Assembly (NCBI GenBank): GCA_951406725.2 | Contig: CATOCA020000012.1 | Location: forward strand, 51,442 to 115,441 | Origin: Octopus vulgaris | Taxonomy: Eukaryota | Direction: 5' to 3' | Length of the DNA: 64,000 nucleotides | In this document: positions 11,435 to 25,672 of the stretch, one piece after another | Layout of the letters: each line of letters opens with the position of its first letter | How positions within the stretch are numbered: position 1 is the first letter of the stretch | The notes under the pieces: generated by a model | What the model was told of the DNA's origin: nothing | Databases searched by the model: none | Seen by the model: the letters and a program-made list of their open reading frames with translations, nothing else | Position numbers and translations under genes: made by a program

Positions 11435-12280
11435 GCAGAAACAATACTGCTGTCTTTAGTGTTCCCACTGATATTGACGTAAGAGAAGCGAACGAAGTTG
11501 ACTCCCAACACAAAATTGCAGACATAACCTTCACTCCCTCTGACATCGTAGCAGCAATAAATGAGGTCAAATACTACTCTGCTGTAGGCCCTGATAGATT
11601 CCCCGTTAGTCTCCTGAAGGAATGTAAACACCAACTTGCAGTCCCACTGACCAACCTCTGGAGAAATTCGTTAGATGCAGGTATATACCAAAACAGTTTC
11701 TATCCCAGTCAGTCATCCCGGTTTTCAAACAGGGAAACAGATCCCTCGCACTCAACTATCGCCCAATCTCACTCACCTCCCACATCATAAAAGTGTTTGA
11801 AAGGGTGTTAAGATCAAGGATGGCTGACTTCCTGGAGACCCACAAACTCCTATATGCAAATCAGCATGGCTTTCGCTGTGGCAGGGACTGTCTAACACGG
11901 CTCTGACACCACATTGAAGATGTACTCAAAGCCTTGGGAACAGGTTCGAACTCTGATGTCATATATCTTGACTTCAGTAAAGCGTTCGACAGGGTAGACC
12001 ATAATATCCTACTCTCAAAATTGGCAAATGTTGGAATCCGTGGAAAAGTTCTACACTGGATCAAGTATTTCCTGGCGAATACAACACAACATGTTGTAGT
12101 TGATGGAGTCCACTCAAGCCAAGCAAAAGTCACCAGCGGTGTCCCTCAGGGGTCTGTCTTGGGTCCGCTACTCTTCATAATCTACATAAACGACCTTTCC
12201 AGTGTCGTACATTACTGCAAAGTGAACATATTTGCTGATGACACCAAGCTCCAGCAAATCGTCAATGAAGAAGCAGACCG
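11435..12280 (+). pseudogene. LINE RT fragment, copy 2
   Basis: Same motifs, same frameshift and same TGA as copy 1. Confidence 0.92.
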
Positions 12281-13015
12281 ATCCAGGTATGTAGATACGG
12301 GGTGCTTAACACTCGCAAATCTGGAGTCACTAAAGGTGCAATTGAACTTCTTTTCATTTAGAACTTAGGGATCTGCAAATGTCGGTATCTTAGAGATGCT
12401 TAAAGTGTTTGTTCTAGCTGTAATTGTCGCATACAAACAGACGCTCACACACGTATACACAGAAATAAAAACATTCACACAAACACAAACACTGAAATGA
12501 AAACAGTTACATACCTACACATGCACACACACAAATAGAAATGAAAATAGTCACACACAAACATACGCACCCACACAGAAATGAAAACGCAGTTACACAT
12601 TCACACATAAAACCCTAACTAGCATAAACATACAATTTATTCAGAATGTAGAGGGGCATTGGGTGCTTTGCACTCGCAGTTAGAATATCAGCTCCCTCCA
12701 CGCCAGAATTAGAATTTCTGTCATCCACTTGTGAAATTAATACATTGACGACACATGGGAAAAATATGAGCAACATCTGAAGCCACTAAAGGTGCAATAA
12801 ATTGAACTTATTTGTATTAGTAGTTAGTGATATATGAATATCGACGTAGGAATGGCTGTTGTAAGTAGTTTGCTTACGAACCACATGGTTTCGGGTTCAT
12901 TCCCACTGCCTGTCATCTTCTGCAATTGTTACTATTGTAGCCCAGGGCCTAGCTAATCCTTGTGATGGGATTTAGTGGAAGGAAATTGATAGAATCTCGT
13001 CGTATATACGTTTAA

Positions 13016-13075
<60 letters not shown>

Positions 13076-13274
13076 GTGCGTGCGTGCGTGTGTTTGTGTG
13101 TGTCTGTGTATGTTCGCACTCGAAGGGCACACGAGAATGCACGCACGTACTATCACACATACAGATGCAAGTTTTCTTAATAAAACGGAATGAACTCCCA
13201 TTCCATCCCTTACAGTTTCTTTTTTGTTTTAGATACTACATATACGTGTGTTGGTATATTCACGTATATATATG

Positions 13275-13341
<67 letters not shown>

Positions 13342-13949
13342 GCTATGTACGACATATAAATACACAAACACATACATGTGTGTGTGTGTGTGTGTGTATA
13401 TATGAAGGTGCAATAAATTGACTTATTTTGATTTAGTATTTAGTGATCACAAATGTGGGTATCTTACAAATGGTCAAAGTGTTTGTTGTAGTTGTAAGTG
13501 ACGTACACACAAACAAATAGAAAAACTCAGTCGCTCACACACTCGCGCACACAGAAATAAAAACTCTCACACACAAACACTGAAATGAAAATACCCACAC
13601 TCACATAAATAAAAACAGTCCCCCACACACAAGGAGCCCCAATAGGTCTATCAAAAAAGTTTCTAGTATTTTTCCTGGCCCATAATTTATGATAATTGAA
13701 ATTCTTACAATAAATAAATAACTACTAAATAAGTATATCGAACATTACATCCCCGTAACTTATCGGTTCTGCAAAAGAGACCTATACATTAAGTAATAGG
13801 CATACAAAGAATAATTTCTGGGCTTGATTTGCTTCACTAAAGGCGGTGCTCCACCATGGTCGCAGTGAAATAACGGAAAGAGTCTAAGAGCGACAAAGCG
13901 TATATTACGATAACTACATACTTAAGGGAGATAACTACTTAAGGGAGGT

Positions 13950-16900
13950 AATTACGTGGCCCTGAATTACATGCACCTGAATGTCCTGCCCCTTAATTAC
14001 ATGGCCCTGAATTACATGGCCCTGAATTACATGACCCTGTATTACCTGCCCTTGAATTACCTGTACCTGAGTTACATGTCCCTGAATTACATGCACCTGA
14101 ATTACCTGCCCGTCAATTACCTTCCCCTGAATTACATATCCCTGAATTACATGTCCCTGAATGACATTCCTCTAAATTACCAACCGCTGCATTACCTGCC
14201 CCTGGATTACATTACCCCTGAATTACCCGCCCCTGAATTACATGCCCGAATTACATGCCCCTGAATTTCATGCCCCTGAATTAACTGCCCCTCAATTACC
14301 TGCTCCTTAATTACATGGCCCTGAATTTCCTGCCCCTTAATTACATGCCCCTGTATTACCTGCCCTTGAATTACCTGCCCCTGAGTTACATGTCCCTGAA
14401 TTACCTGCCCCTCAATTACCTTTCCCTGAATTACATGCCCCTGAATTACATGTCCCGGAATTATCTGCCAATGAATGACATTCCTCTAAATTACCTGCCC
14501 CTGAATTACATACCCCTGAATTACCTTCCCCTAAATTACATGCATCTGAATTACCTGCCCCTGAATTACAAACACCTGAATTACATGCCCCTGAATTACA
14601 TGCCTCTAAATTACATGCACATGAATGAACTGACCCTGAATGATATGCCCCTCAATTATCTATCCCTAAATTACCTGCCCCGGAATTACCTGCCCGTGAA
14701 TGTCATGCCCCTGGATTAACTGCCCCTGAATTACATGCCCCTGAATAACATACACCAGAATAAGATACACCTGAATTACCTGCCCCAAAATTAAATACCC
14801 CTGAATTACCTGCCCCTAAATTACATGCATCTGAATTACATGGCCCTGAATTATCTGCCCCTCAATTACATGCCTCTTAATTACATGCACCTGTATGACC
14901 TGACCCTGAATTATCTATCCCTAAATTACCTGCCCATGAATTACCTGCCCGTGAATGACATGCCCCTGAATTACCTGCACCTAGATTACCTGCCCCAGAA
15001 TTACATGCCCCTGGATTACCTAACCCAGAATTACATGCCCCTGAATTACCTGCCCATGAATGACATTCCTCTAAATTACCTGTCCCTGAATTACCTTCCT
15101 CTGAATTACCCACCCATGAATTACATGCCCCTGAATTACATGCCCCTGAATTACCTACCCCTGAATTAACTACCCCTCAATTACATGCCCCTGGATTACC
15201 TAACCCAGAATTACATGCACCTGGATTACCTAACCCAGAATTACATGCACCTGAATTACATGCCCCTTAATTACATGCCCCTGAATTACATGCACCTGAA
15301 TGACATGCCCCTGAATTACCTCCCCTGAAGAATCCCCTGAATTTCATGCCCATGAATTACCTGCCCCTGAATGACCTGCCCCTTAATTACATACCCCTGA
15401 ATAACCTATACCTGAATAACCTGACACTCAATAATCTGCCCCTGAAGTTCCTGCCCCTAAATTACCTTCCCCTGAATTACATGCCCCTGAATTACCTGCC
15501 CATGAATTACATGCACCTGAATTACATGCCCCTGAATTACATACACCTGAATTACCTGCCCCTGAGTCTGAATTACCTGCTCCTGAATTACATACACCTG
15601 AATTACATGCCTTTGAATTAACTGCCCCTAAATTATGGGCCCCTGAATTACCTGTCGCTGAATGACATGCCCCTCAATCACCAGCCCATGAATGACATTC
15701 CTATAAATTACCTGTCCCTGAATTACCCCTGAATTACCTTCCCCTGAATTACCTGCCCGTGAATTACCTGCCCCTGAATTACCTGCCCCTCAATCACCTG
15801 CGCATGAATGACATCCCTATAAATTACCTTTCCCTGAATTACCCCTGAATTACACTCTAAATTACCGGCCCCTGAATTACCTACCCGTGAATACCCTGCC
15901 CCTGAATCACCTTTCATCTGAATTATGCCCTGAATTACATGCCCCTCGATTACCTGCCCCTAATTACCTGCCCATGAATGACATTCCTCTAAATTACCTG
16001 TCCCTGAATTACCCCTGAATTACCTTCCCCTGAAATATATTGCTCTGAATTACCCACCCACGAATTACATGCCCCTGAATTACCTACCCCTGAATTACAT
16101 ACACCTGAATTACATGCCCCTCAATTACCTGCACCTCAATTACATGCCCCTGAATTACATGCACCTGAATTACCTGCACCTGAATTACATGCCCCTGAAA
16201 TACATTGCTCTGAATTACCCACCAACGAATTACATGCCCTTGAATTACATGCCCCTGAATTACCTTCCCCAGAATTACATGCCCCTGAATTACATGCCCC
16301 TGAATTACCTGCACCTGAATTACATAAACCTGAATTACCTGCCCCTCAATTACCTGCGTCTGAATTACCTTGCTCTGAATGACATGCCCCTTAATTACTT
16401 AACCCTGAAGTACCTGCCCCTGAATTACCTGCCACTAAATTACACATCTAAATTACATGCATCTGAATTACCTGCCCCTGAATTACAAACACCTGAATTA
16501 CATGACCCTGAATTACCTGCCCCTCAATTACATGTCTCTTAATTACATGCACCTGAATGACCTGCCCCTGAATGACATGTCTCTGAATTGTCTATCCCTA
16601 AATTATCTGCCCCTGAATTACCTGCCCGTGAATGACATACCCCTGAAATACCTGCACCTAGAATTACCTGCCCCTGAATTACATTTCATCTGGAATTACC
16701 TGCCCATGAATGACATTCCTATAAATTACCTGTCCCTAAATTACCCCTGAATTACATTCCTCTGAATTACCTGCCCCTGAATTACCTGCCCCTGGATTAC
16801 CTTCCCCTCAATTACCCGCCCATGAATTACATGCCCGAATTACATGCCCCTGAATGAAGTGCACCTGAATTAAATGCCCCTGAATTACATACACCTGAAT

Positions 16901-19900
16901 TATCAGCTCCTGAATTACATGCCCCTGAATTATCTGCCTCTGAGTCCCTGAATTACATGCCCGTGAATTACCTGCCCCTCAATTACCTACCCATGAATTA
17001 CATACACCTGAATTACCTGCCCGTGAATTACCTGCCCCTAAAATACATGCCCCTGAATGACATGCCCCTCAATTACCTGCCCATGAATTACATGCCCCTG
17101 AACTACCTGCCCCTTAATTACATGTCCCTGAATTATCTGCCAATGAATGACATACCTCTAAATTACCTGCCCCTGAATTACATACCCCTGAATTACCTGC
17201 CTCTAAATTACATGCATCTGAATTACAAGCATCTGAATTACCTGCCCCTGAATTACAAACACCTGAATTACCTGCCCCTCAATTACATGCCTCTTAATTA
17301 CATGCACATGAATGATCTGACCCTGAATGATATGCCCCTGAATTATCTATCCCTAAATTACCTGCCCGGAATTACCTGCCAGTGAATGACACACCTCTGG
17401 ATTAACTGCCCCTGAATAACCTGCCCCTGAATAACATACACCTGAATTACCTTCCCCAGAATTACATGCCCTGATTTACCTGCCCCTGAATTACATGGCC
17501 TTCAATTACCTGCCCCTCAATTACATGCACCTAAATGACCTGCCCCTGAATTATCTATCCCTAAATTACCTGCCCGTGATTGACATACCCCTGAATTACC
17601 TGCCCCTGAATTACCTGCCCCTGAATTACAAGCTCCTGAATTACATGCCCCTGGATTACCTAACCCAGAATTACAAGCCCCTGAATTACCTGCCCATGAA
17701 TGACATTCCTCTAAATTACCTGTCCCTGAATTACCCCTGAATTACATGCACCTGAATTACCTGCCCCTAAATTACATGACTCTTAATTACATGCACATGA
17801 ATGATCTGACTCTGAATGATGTGCCCCTGAATTACCTATCCCTAAATTACCCACCCGTGAATGACATGCCCCTGAATTACATACACCTGAATTACATGCC
17901 CCTGAATTACCTGCCCCTGCCCCTGAATTACCTAGCCCTGAATTACCTGCCCCTGAATTACCTTCGCTGAATGACATGCCCCTGAATGACATGCCCCTGA
18001 ATTGCATACCCCTTAATCACCTGCCCATGAATTACATGCACCTGAATTACATGCCCCTGAATTACATGCAACTGATTTACATGCCCCTGAATTACATACA
18101 CCTGAATTACACCCCTGAATTATCTACCCCTGAGTCCCTGAATAACCTGCCCATGAATTAAATGCCCCTGAAGTACCTGCCCCTAAATTACATGACCCTG
18201 AATGACATGCCTCTGAATTATCTATCCCTAAATTACCAGCCCCTGAATTACCTGCCGTGAATGACATGCCCCTGAATTACATGCCCCTGGATTACCTGCC
18301 CCTAAATTACCTGCAGATGAATGACATTCCTCTAAGGTACCTGTCCCTGAATTACCCCTGAATTACCTGCCCCTGGATTACCTTCCCCTGAATTACATGC
18401 CCCTGAATTACATTCCTCTGAATTACCCACCTACGAATTACATGCCCCTGAATTACATGCCCCTGAATTACCTACCCCTGAATTACATACACCTGAATTA
18501 CAGACACCTGAATTACAGACACCTGAATTACATGCCCCTCAATTACCTGCACCTCAATTACATGCCGCTGAATTACCTAACCCTGAATTACCTGCCCCTG
18601 AATTACCTTCCCTGAATGACATGCCCCTGAATTACATACCCCTGAATTACCTGCCCATGAATTACATGCACCTGAATTAAATGCCCCTGAATTACCTGCC
18701 CCAGAATTACATGCCCCTCAAGTATCTACCCCTGAGTCCCTGAATAACCTGCACGTGAATTACCTGCCCCTGAATTACATACACCTGATTTACATGCCCG
18801 TGAATTACCTGCCCGTGAATTACCTGCCCGTGAATTACCTGCCCCTAAATTACATGCCCGTGAATTACCTGCCCCTGAATGACATGCCCCTCAATTAACT
18901 GCCCGTGAACTACCTGGCCCTAAATTACATGCCCCTCAATTACCTGCCCATGAATTAAATGCCCCTAAAATACCTTCCCCTGAAGTACCTGCCCCTAAAT
19001 TACATGCATTTGAATTACGTGCCCCTGAATTACAAGCACCTGAATTAACTGCCTCATAATTACATGCACCTGAATGACCTGCCCCTGAATTTCATGCCTC
19101 TGAATTATCTATCCCTAAATTACCAGCCCCTGAATTACCTGCCCGTGAATGACATGCCCCTGAATTACATGCACCTCGATTACCTGCCCCTGAATTACAT
19201 GCCCCTGGATTACCTGCCCATGAATGATATTCCTCTAAATTACCTGTCCCTGAATTACGCCTGAATTACCTGCGCCTGGATTACCTTCCCCTGAATTACA
19301 TTCCTCTGAATTACCCACCCACGAATTACATGCCCCTGAATTACATACACCTGGATTACGAGCCCCTCAATTACCTGCACCTCAATTACATGCCCCTGAA
19401 TTACAAGACCCTGAATTACCTGTCCATGAATGACATTCCTATAAATTACCTCCCCTGGATTACCTTCCCCTAAATTACATTGCTCTGTATTACCTGCCCC
19501 TGAATTACCTGCCAATGAATGACATTACTCTAAATCACCTGCACCTGGATTACCTTCCCCTCAATTACCCGCACATGAATTACATGCCCGATTTACCTGC
19601 CCCTGAATGACATGCCCCTGAATTACATACCCCTGAATTACCTTCCCATAAATTACATACACCTGAATTACATGCCCGTGAATTACCTGCCCGTGAATTA
19701 CCTGCCCCTAAATTACATGCCCCTGAATGACCTGCCCCTTAATTAGTTACCCCTGGATTACCTGCCCCTGAATAACCTATACCTGAATAACCTGCCCCTG
19801 AATAACATACACCTGAATTACATACACCTGAATTACATGCCCCTCAATTACATGCAACTGATTTACATGCCCCTGAATTACATACACCTGAATTACATGC

Positions 19901-22900
19901 CCCTGAATTATCTACCCCTGAGTCCCTGAATAACCTGCACCTGAATTACATACACCTGAATTACCTGCCCCTAAATTACATGCCCCTGAATTACCTGCCC
20001 CTCAATTACCTGCCCATGAATTACCTGCCCATGAATTACCTGCCCATGAATTAAATGGCCATGAATTACCTGCCCCTGAACTACCTGCCCCTAAATTACA
20101 TGACCCTGAATGACCTGCCCCTGAATGACATGCCTCTGAATTATCTATCCCTAAATTACCAGCCCGTGAATGACATGCCCTGAATTACCTTTCATCTGAA
20201 TTACATGCCCCTAGATTACCTGCCCCTAAATTACCTGCAGATGAATGACATTCCTTTGAGTTACCTGTCCCTGAATTACCCCTGAATTACCTGCCCCTGG
20301 ATTACCTTCCCCTGAATTACATTCCTCTGAATTACCCACCCACGAATTACATGCCCCTGAATTACCTGCCCATTAATTACATGCACCTGAATTACATGCC
20401 CCTGAATTACCTGCCCCTGAATTACATACACTTGAATTACATGCCCGTGAATTACCTGCCCGTGAATTACATGCCACTGAATTACCTGCCCCTGAATGAC
20501 ATGCCCCTCAATTACCTGCCCGTGAACTACCTGGCCCTAAATTACATGCCCCTCAATTACCTGCCCATGAATTAAATGCCCCTAAATTACCTTCCCCTGA
20601 AGTACCTGCCCCTAAATTACATGCATCTGAATTACGTGCCCCTGAATTACAAGCACCTGAATTACATGGCCCTGAATTACCTGTCTCTTAATTACATGCA
20701 CCTGAATGACCTGCCCCTGAATGACATGCCTCTGAATTATCTATCCCTAAATCACCAGCCCCTGAATTACCTGCCCGTGAATTACATGCCTCTGAATTAC
20801 ATGCACCTGAATGACCTGCCCCTGAATTATATGCCCCTGGATTACCTGCACATGAATGACATTCCTCTAAATTACCTGTCCCTGAATTACGCCTGAATTA
20901 CCTGCCCCTGGATGACCTTCCCCCGAATTACATTCCTCTGAATTACCCACCCACGAATTACATGCCCCTGAATTACATACACCTGGATTACAAGCCCCTC
21001 AATTACCTGCACCTCAATTACCCCCGAATTACATTCCCATGAATTACATTCCTATAAATTACCTCCCCCCTGGATTACCTTCCCTTAATTACATTGCTCT
21101 GTATTACCAGCCCCTGAATTACCTGCCAATGAATGACATTACTCTAAATCACCTGCACCTGGATTACCTTCCCCTCAATTACCCGCACATGAATTACATG
21201 CCCGAATTACCTGCCCCTGAATGACATTCCCCTGAATTACATACCCCTGAATTAGCTGCCCATAAATTACATACACCTGAATTACATGCCCGTGAATTAC
21301 CTGCCCGTGAATTACCTGCCCCTAAATTACATGCCCCTGAATATGCCCCTCAATTACCTGCCCATGAATTACATGCCCCTGAATTACCTGCCCCTGAATT
21401 ACCTGCCCATGAATGACATTCCTATAAATTACCTGTCCCTTAATTACCTTCCCCTGAATTACATGCCACTGAATTACATTCCTCTGAATACCTGCCCCTG
21501 AATTACCTGCCAATGAATGACATTACTCTAAATCACCTGCACCTTGATTACCTTCCCCTCAATTACCCGCCCATGAATTACATGCCCGAATTACATGCCC
21601 CTGAATTACCAGCCCCTGAATTACCTTCCCTGAATGACATGTCCCTGAATTACCTGCCCATGAATTACATGCACCTGAATTACATACACCTGAATTACCT
21701 GCCCCTAAATTACATGCCCCTAAATTACATGCCCTTCAATTACCTGCCCATGAATTACATGCCCCTGGATTACCTGCCCCTGAATTACCTTCCCCTGAAT
21801 AACATACATCTGAATTACCTGCCCCTGAATTACATACCCCTGAAGTACTTGCCCCTAAATTACATGCATCTGAATTACCTGCCGCTGAATTGCAAACATC
21901 TGAATTACATGGCCCTCAATTAGATGCCTCTTAATTACAAGCCACTGAATTACATACCCCTGAATTACCTGCCCATGAATGACATTCCTCTAAATTACCT
22001 GTCCCTGAATTACCTGCCCCTGGATTACCTAACCCTGAATTACCTAACCCTGAATTACAATCCTTTAAATTACCTTCCCTGAATTACCCCTGAATTACAT
22101 GCCCCTGAATTACATTCCTCTGAATTACCCACCCATGAATTACATGCCCCTGAATTACCTGCCCCTTAATTACCTACCCCTGAATTACATGCACCTCAAT
22201 TACATACACCTGAATTACATGCCCCTTAATTACCTGCACCTCAATTACATGCCCCTGAATTACCTGCACCTCAATTGCATGCCCCTGAATTACATGCCCC
22301 TCAATTACCTGCCACTGAATTACCTTGCTCTGAATTACATACCCCTTAATTACTTAACCCTGGATTACCTGCCCCTGAATAACCTACACCTGAATAACCT
22401 GACCCTCAATTACCTTCCCCTGAATTACCTGCCCCTGAATGACCTGCCCCTGAATGACATGCCTCTGAATTATCTATCCCCAAAATTACCCTAAATTACC
22501 TGCCCCTGAATTACCTGCCCATGAATGACATTCCTCTAAATTACCTGTCCCTGAATTACCCCTGAATTACATGCCCCTGGATTTCCTAACCCTGAATTAC
22601 CTGCCCCTGAATGACAATCCTCTGAATTACCCACCCATGAATTACATGCCCCTGAATTACATACACCTGAATTACATGCCCCTCAATTACATGCCCCTGA
22701 ATTACATGCCCCTCAATTACCTGCCCATGAATTACATGCCCCTGAACTACCTGCCCCTGGATTACCTGCCCCTGAATTACCTTCCCCTGAATAACATACA
22801 TCTGAATTACCTGCCCCTGAATTACCTGTCCCTGAATAACCTAACCCTAAATAACCTGACCCTGAATTACCTGCCCCTGAATTACAAACACCTGAATTAC

Positions 22901-24336
22901 CTGCCCCTCAATTACATGCCTCTTAATTACATGCACCTGAATGACCTGCCTCTGAATATCCCTAAATTACCTGCCCGTGAATGACATGCCCCTGAAATAC
23001 CTGCCCCTGAATTACCTAACCCTGAATTACCTGCCCCTGAATTACCTGCCCATGAATGACATTCCTATAAATTACCTGCCCCTGAATTACCTTTCATCTG
23101 AATTACATGCCCCTGAATTACATTCCTCTGAATTACCTGCCAATGAATGACATTCCTCTAAATCACCTGCACCTGGATTACCTTCCCCTCAATTACATGC
23201 CCCTGAGTCCCTAAATAACCTGCACCTGAATTACCTGCCCCTGAATTACATACACCTGAATTACATGCTCGTGAATTACCTGCCCCTAAATTACATGCCA
23301 ATGAATTACCTGCCAATGAATCACATACACCTGAATTACATGCCCGTGAATTACCTGCCCCTAAATTACATGCCCCTGAATGACATGCCCCTCAATTACC
23401 TGCCCCTGAACTACCTGCCCTTTAATTACATGCCCCTGAATTACCTGCCCCTGAATAACATACACCTGAATTACCTGCCCCTGAATTACATACCCCTGAA
23501 GTACCTGCACCTAAAGTACATGCATCTGAATTACCTGCCCCTGAATTGCAAACACCTGAATTACATGGCCCTCAATTACATGCCTCTTAATTACATGCAC
23601 CTGAATGACATGCCTCTGAATTATCTATCCCTAAATTACCTGCACCTAGATTACCTGCCCCTGAATTACCTTTCATCTGAATTAATTGCCCCTGAATTAC
23701 ATACCCTGGATTACCTAACCCTGAATACCCTAAGCCCCTCAATCACCAGCCCATGAATGACATTCCTTTAAATTACCTGTCCCTGAATTACCCCTGAATT
23801 ACCTGCCCCTGAATTACCTTCCCTAAATTACATGCCCCTGAATTACATACACCTGAATTATATGCCCCTCAATTACCTGCACCTCAATTACATGCCCCTG
23901 AATTACATGCACCTGAATTACATTCCCCTGAATTACCTGCACCTGAATTACCTGCCCCTGAATTACATGCCCCTCAATTAACTGCCTCTGAATTACCTTG
24001 CTCTGAATTACATGCCCCTTAATTACTTAACCCTGGATTACCTGCCCCTGAATAACCTACACCTGAATAACCTGACCCTGAATTACATACCCCTGAATTA
24101 CATGCCCCTCAATTACCTGCCCCTGAATTACATGTCCCTGAATTACATGTCCCTGAATTTCCTGCCCCTTAATTACATGCCCCTGAATTACTTGTCCATG
24201 AAATACATGCACCTGGATTACCTGCCCCTGAATTTCCTGCGCCTGGATTACCTGCCTTGAATTACCTTCCCTGAATTACCTTCCCCTGAATTACCTGTCC
24301 CTGAATTACATGTCCCTGAATTACATGTCCCTGAAT
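13950..24336 (+). repeat. 15-bp satellite array (~10.4 kb), left arm
   Basis: AATTAC(A/C)TGCCCCTG monomers with recurring variant blocks such as ATGAATGACATTCCTCTA. Confidence 0.95.
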
Positions 24337-24350
24337 GTATGAATATCTAT

Positions 24351-24718
24351 GTATGGACGCATGATGTGTGAACGAGGCTTGTTTGTATGGACGCAAGATA
24401 TGTGAACGAGGCATATTTGTATGGACGCATGATGTGTGAACGAGGCTTGTTTGTATGAACGCATGATGTGTGAACGAGGCTTGGTTGTTTGGACGCATGA
24501 TGTGTGAACGAGGCTTGTTTGAATGGACGCATTATGTGTGAACCAGGTGTGTATGAGTGGACGCATGATGTGTGAACGTGGCTTGTTTGTATGGACGCAT
24601 GATGTGTGAAAGAGGCTTGTTTGTATGGACGCATGATGTGTGAACGAGGCATGTTTGTATGGACGCATGATGTGTGAACGAGGCATGTTTGTATGGACGC
24701 ATGATGGGTGAACGAGGC
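24351..24718 (+). repeat. 34-bp minisatellite TGGACGCATGATGTGTGAACGAGGCTTGTTTGTA, ~11 copies
   Basis: ACGC motif ends every 34 bp from 24360 to 24700; no spacers. Confidence 0.95.
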
Positions 24719-24720
24719 AG

Positions 24721-25110
24721 CACTTATTTTTTTCTAAGCCTAGTATTTATTCTAACTTATTCTTTTCTGCCGAGCCGCTGAAATACAGGGAGGAAAACAC
24801 ACCAGAAAAATCTACTATAGCCCCGAGCCGACCAAAGCCTTGTGATTGGATTTGGTGGAAGGAAACTGGAAAACTCCAGTCATATATATGTTTATATGTG
24901 TGCGTGTGTGTCTTTGTTCCCAAACATTGCTACACAACGGATGCTAGTCTGTTTACGTCCCCATAACTTAGAGGTTCAGCGAAATAGACTGATAGAATAA
25001 GCACTAGGCCTACAATGAATAAGTCCTGGGGTCGATATGCTCGACTAAAGGTCGTGCTCCAACATGGCCACAGTCAAATGACTGAAACAAGTAAATGAGA
25101 GTAAAAGAGT
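24721..25110. mobile_element. Cluster of SINE fragments
   Basis: CTACTATAGCCCCGAGCCGACCAAAGCCTTGTG..GGATTTGGT..GGAAACTG; AATAAGTCCTGGGGTCGAT..GCTCGACTAAAGG..GTGCTCCAACATGGCC. Confidence 0.6.
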
Positions 25111-25450
25111 TAAATAACGAGAAAAGTCCATGACCTGTTAACTAGGGAGATAGCAGAAAATATCTCCTAGAGTTACTTCCCTAACGTCATATAATACGTT
25201 TCATGTTGTAATATCTGTAAGAAAGTAATAATGACATAATCAAGTTTCTTTTTTGTTTTATATAGTATATATGCGTATGTGGGTATATACACGTATATCT
25301 GTAAGTATATATATATATATATAAATACTGGAGCGCCGCCTTTAGTCGATCACATCGTCCGCAGCACTTCTTTGTAAGCCTAGTATTTTATTCTCTTTTG
25401 CCGAACCGCTAAAATACAGGGAGTAAAACAGCTACAGTCGTTCGAAGGTA

Positions 25451-25672
25451 ATGACCAAACTGTCTACTTTTATCCACCAGTTCCAACACGATTTAACAAA
25501 AAAGGAGACAAATTGCTTGACTAGATTTCACTGCAAAGCCAGTAACATATATGAACTTCCCAAAATCTACAAAAGTTAAGCCATAAACAAAACCTGTAAC
25601 AAGTTAACTTCTATAGTTATAAATATTCCACACCCGAGAGATCTCCGAATGAAGCCAATTATGGCCAATCCA
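25451..25672 (+). pseudogene. Penelope-like retroelement RT N-terminal fragment
   Basis: Manual translation from 25451: MTKLSTFIHQFQHDLTKKETNCLTRFHCKASNIYELPKIYKS*AINK...IPHPRDLRMKPIMANP, matching PLE RT motifs 1-2 (FYxLPKIHK...RPIV). Confidence 0.65.

Noticed and set aside
24351-24718. CRISPR-like 34-bp repeats
   Set aside because: Head-to-tail units with no unique spacers, no cas genes, eukaryotic context
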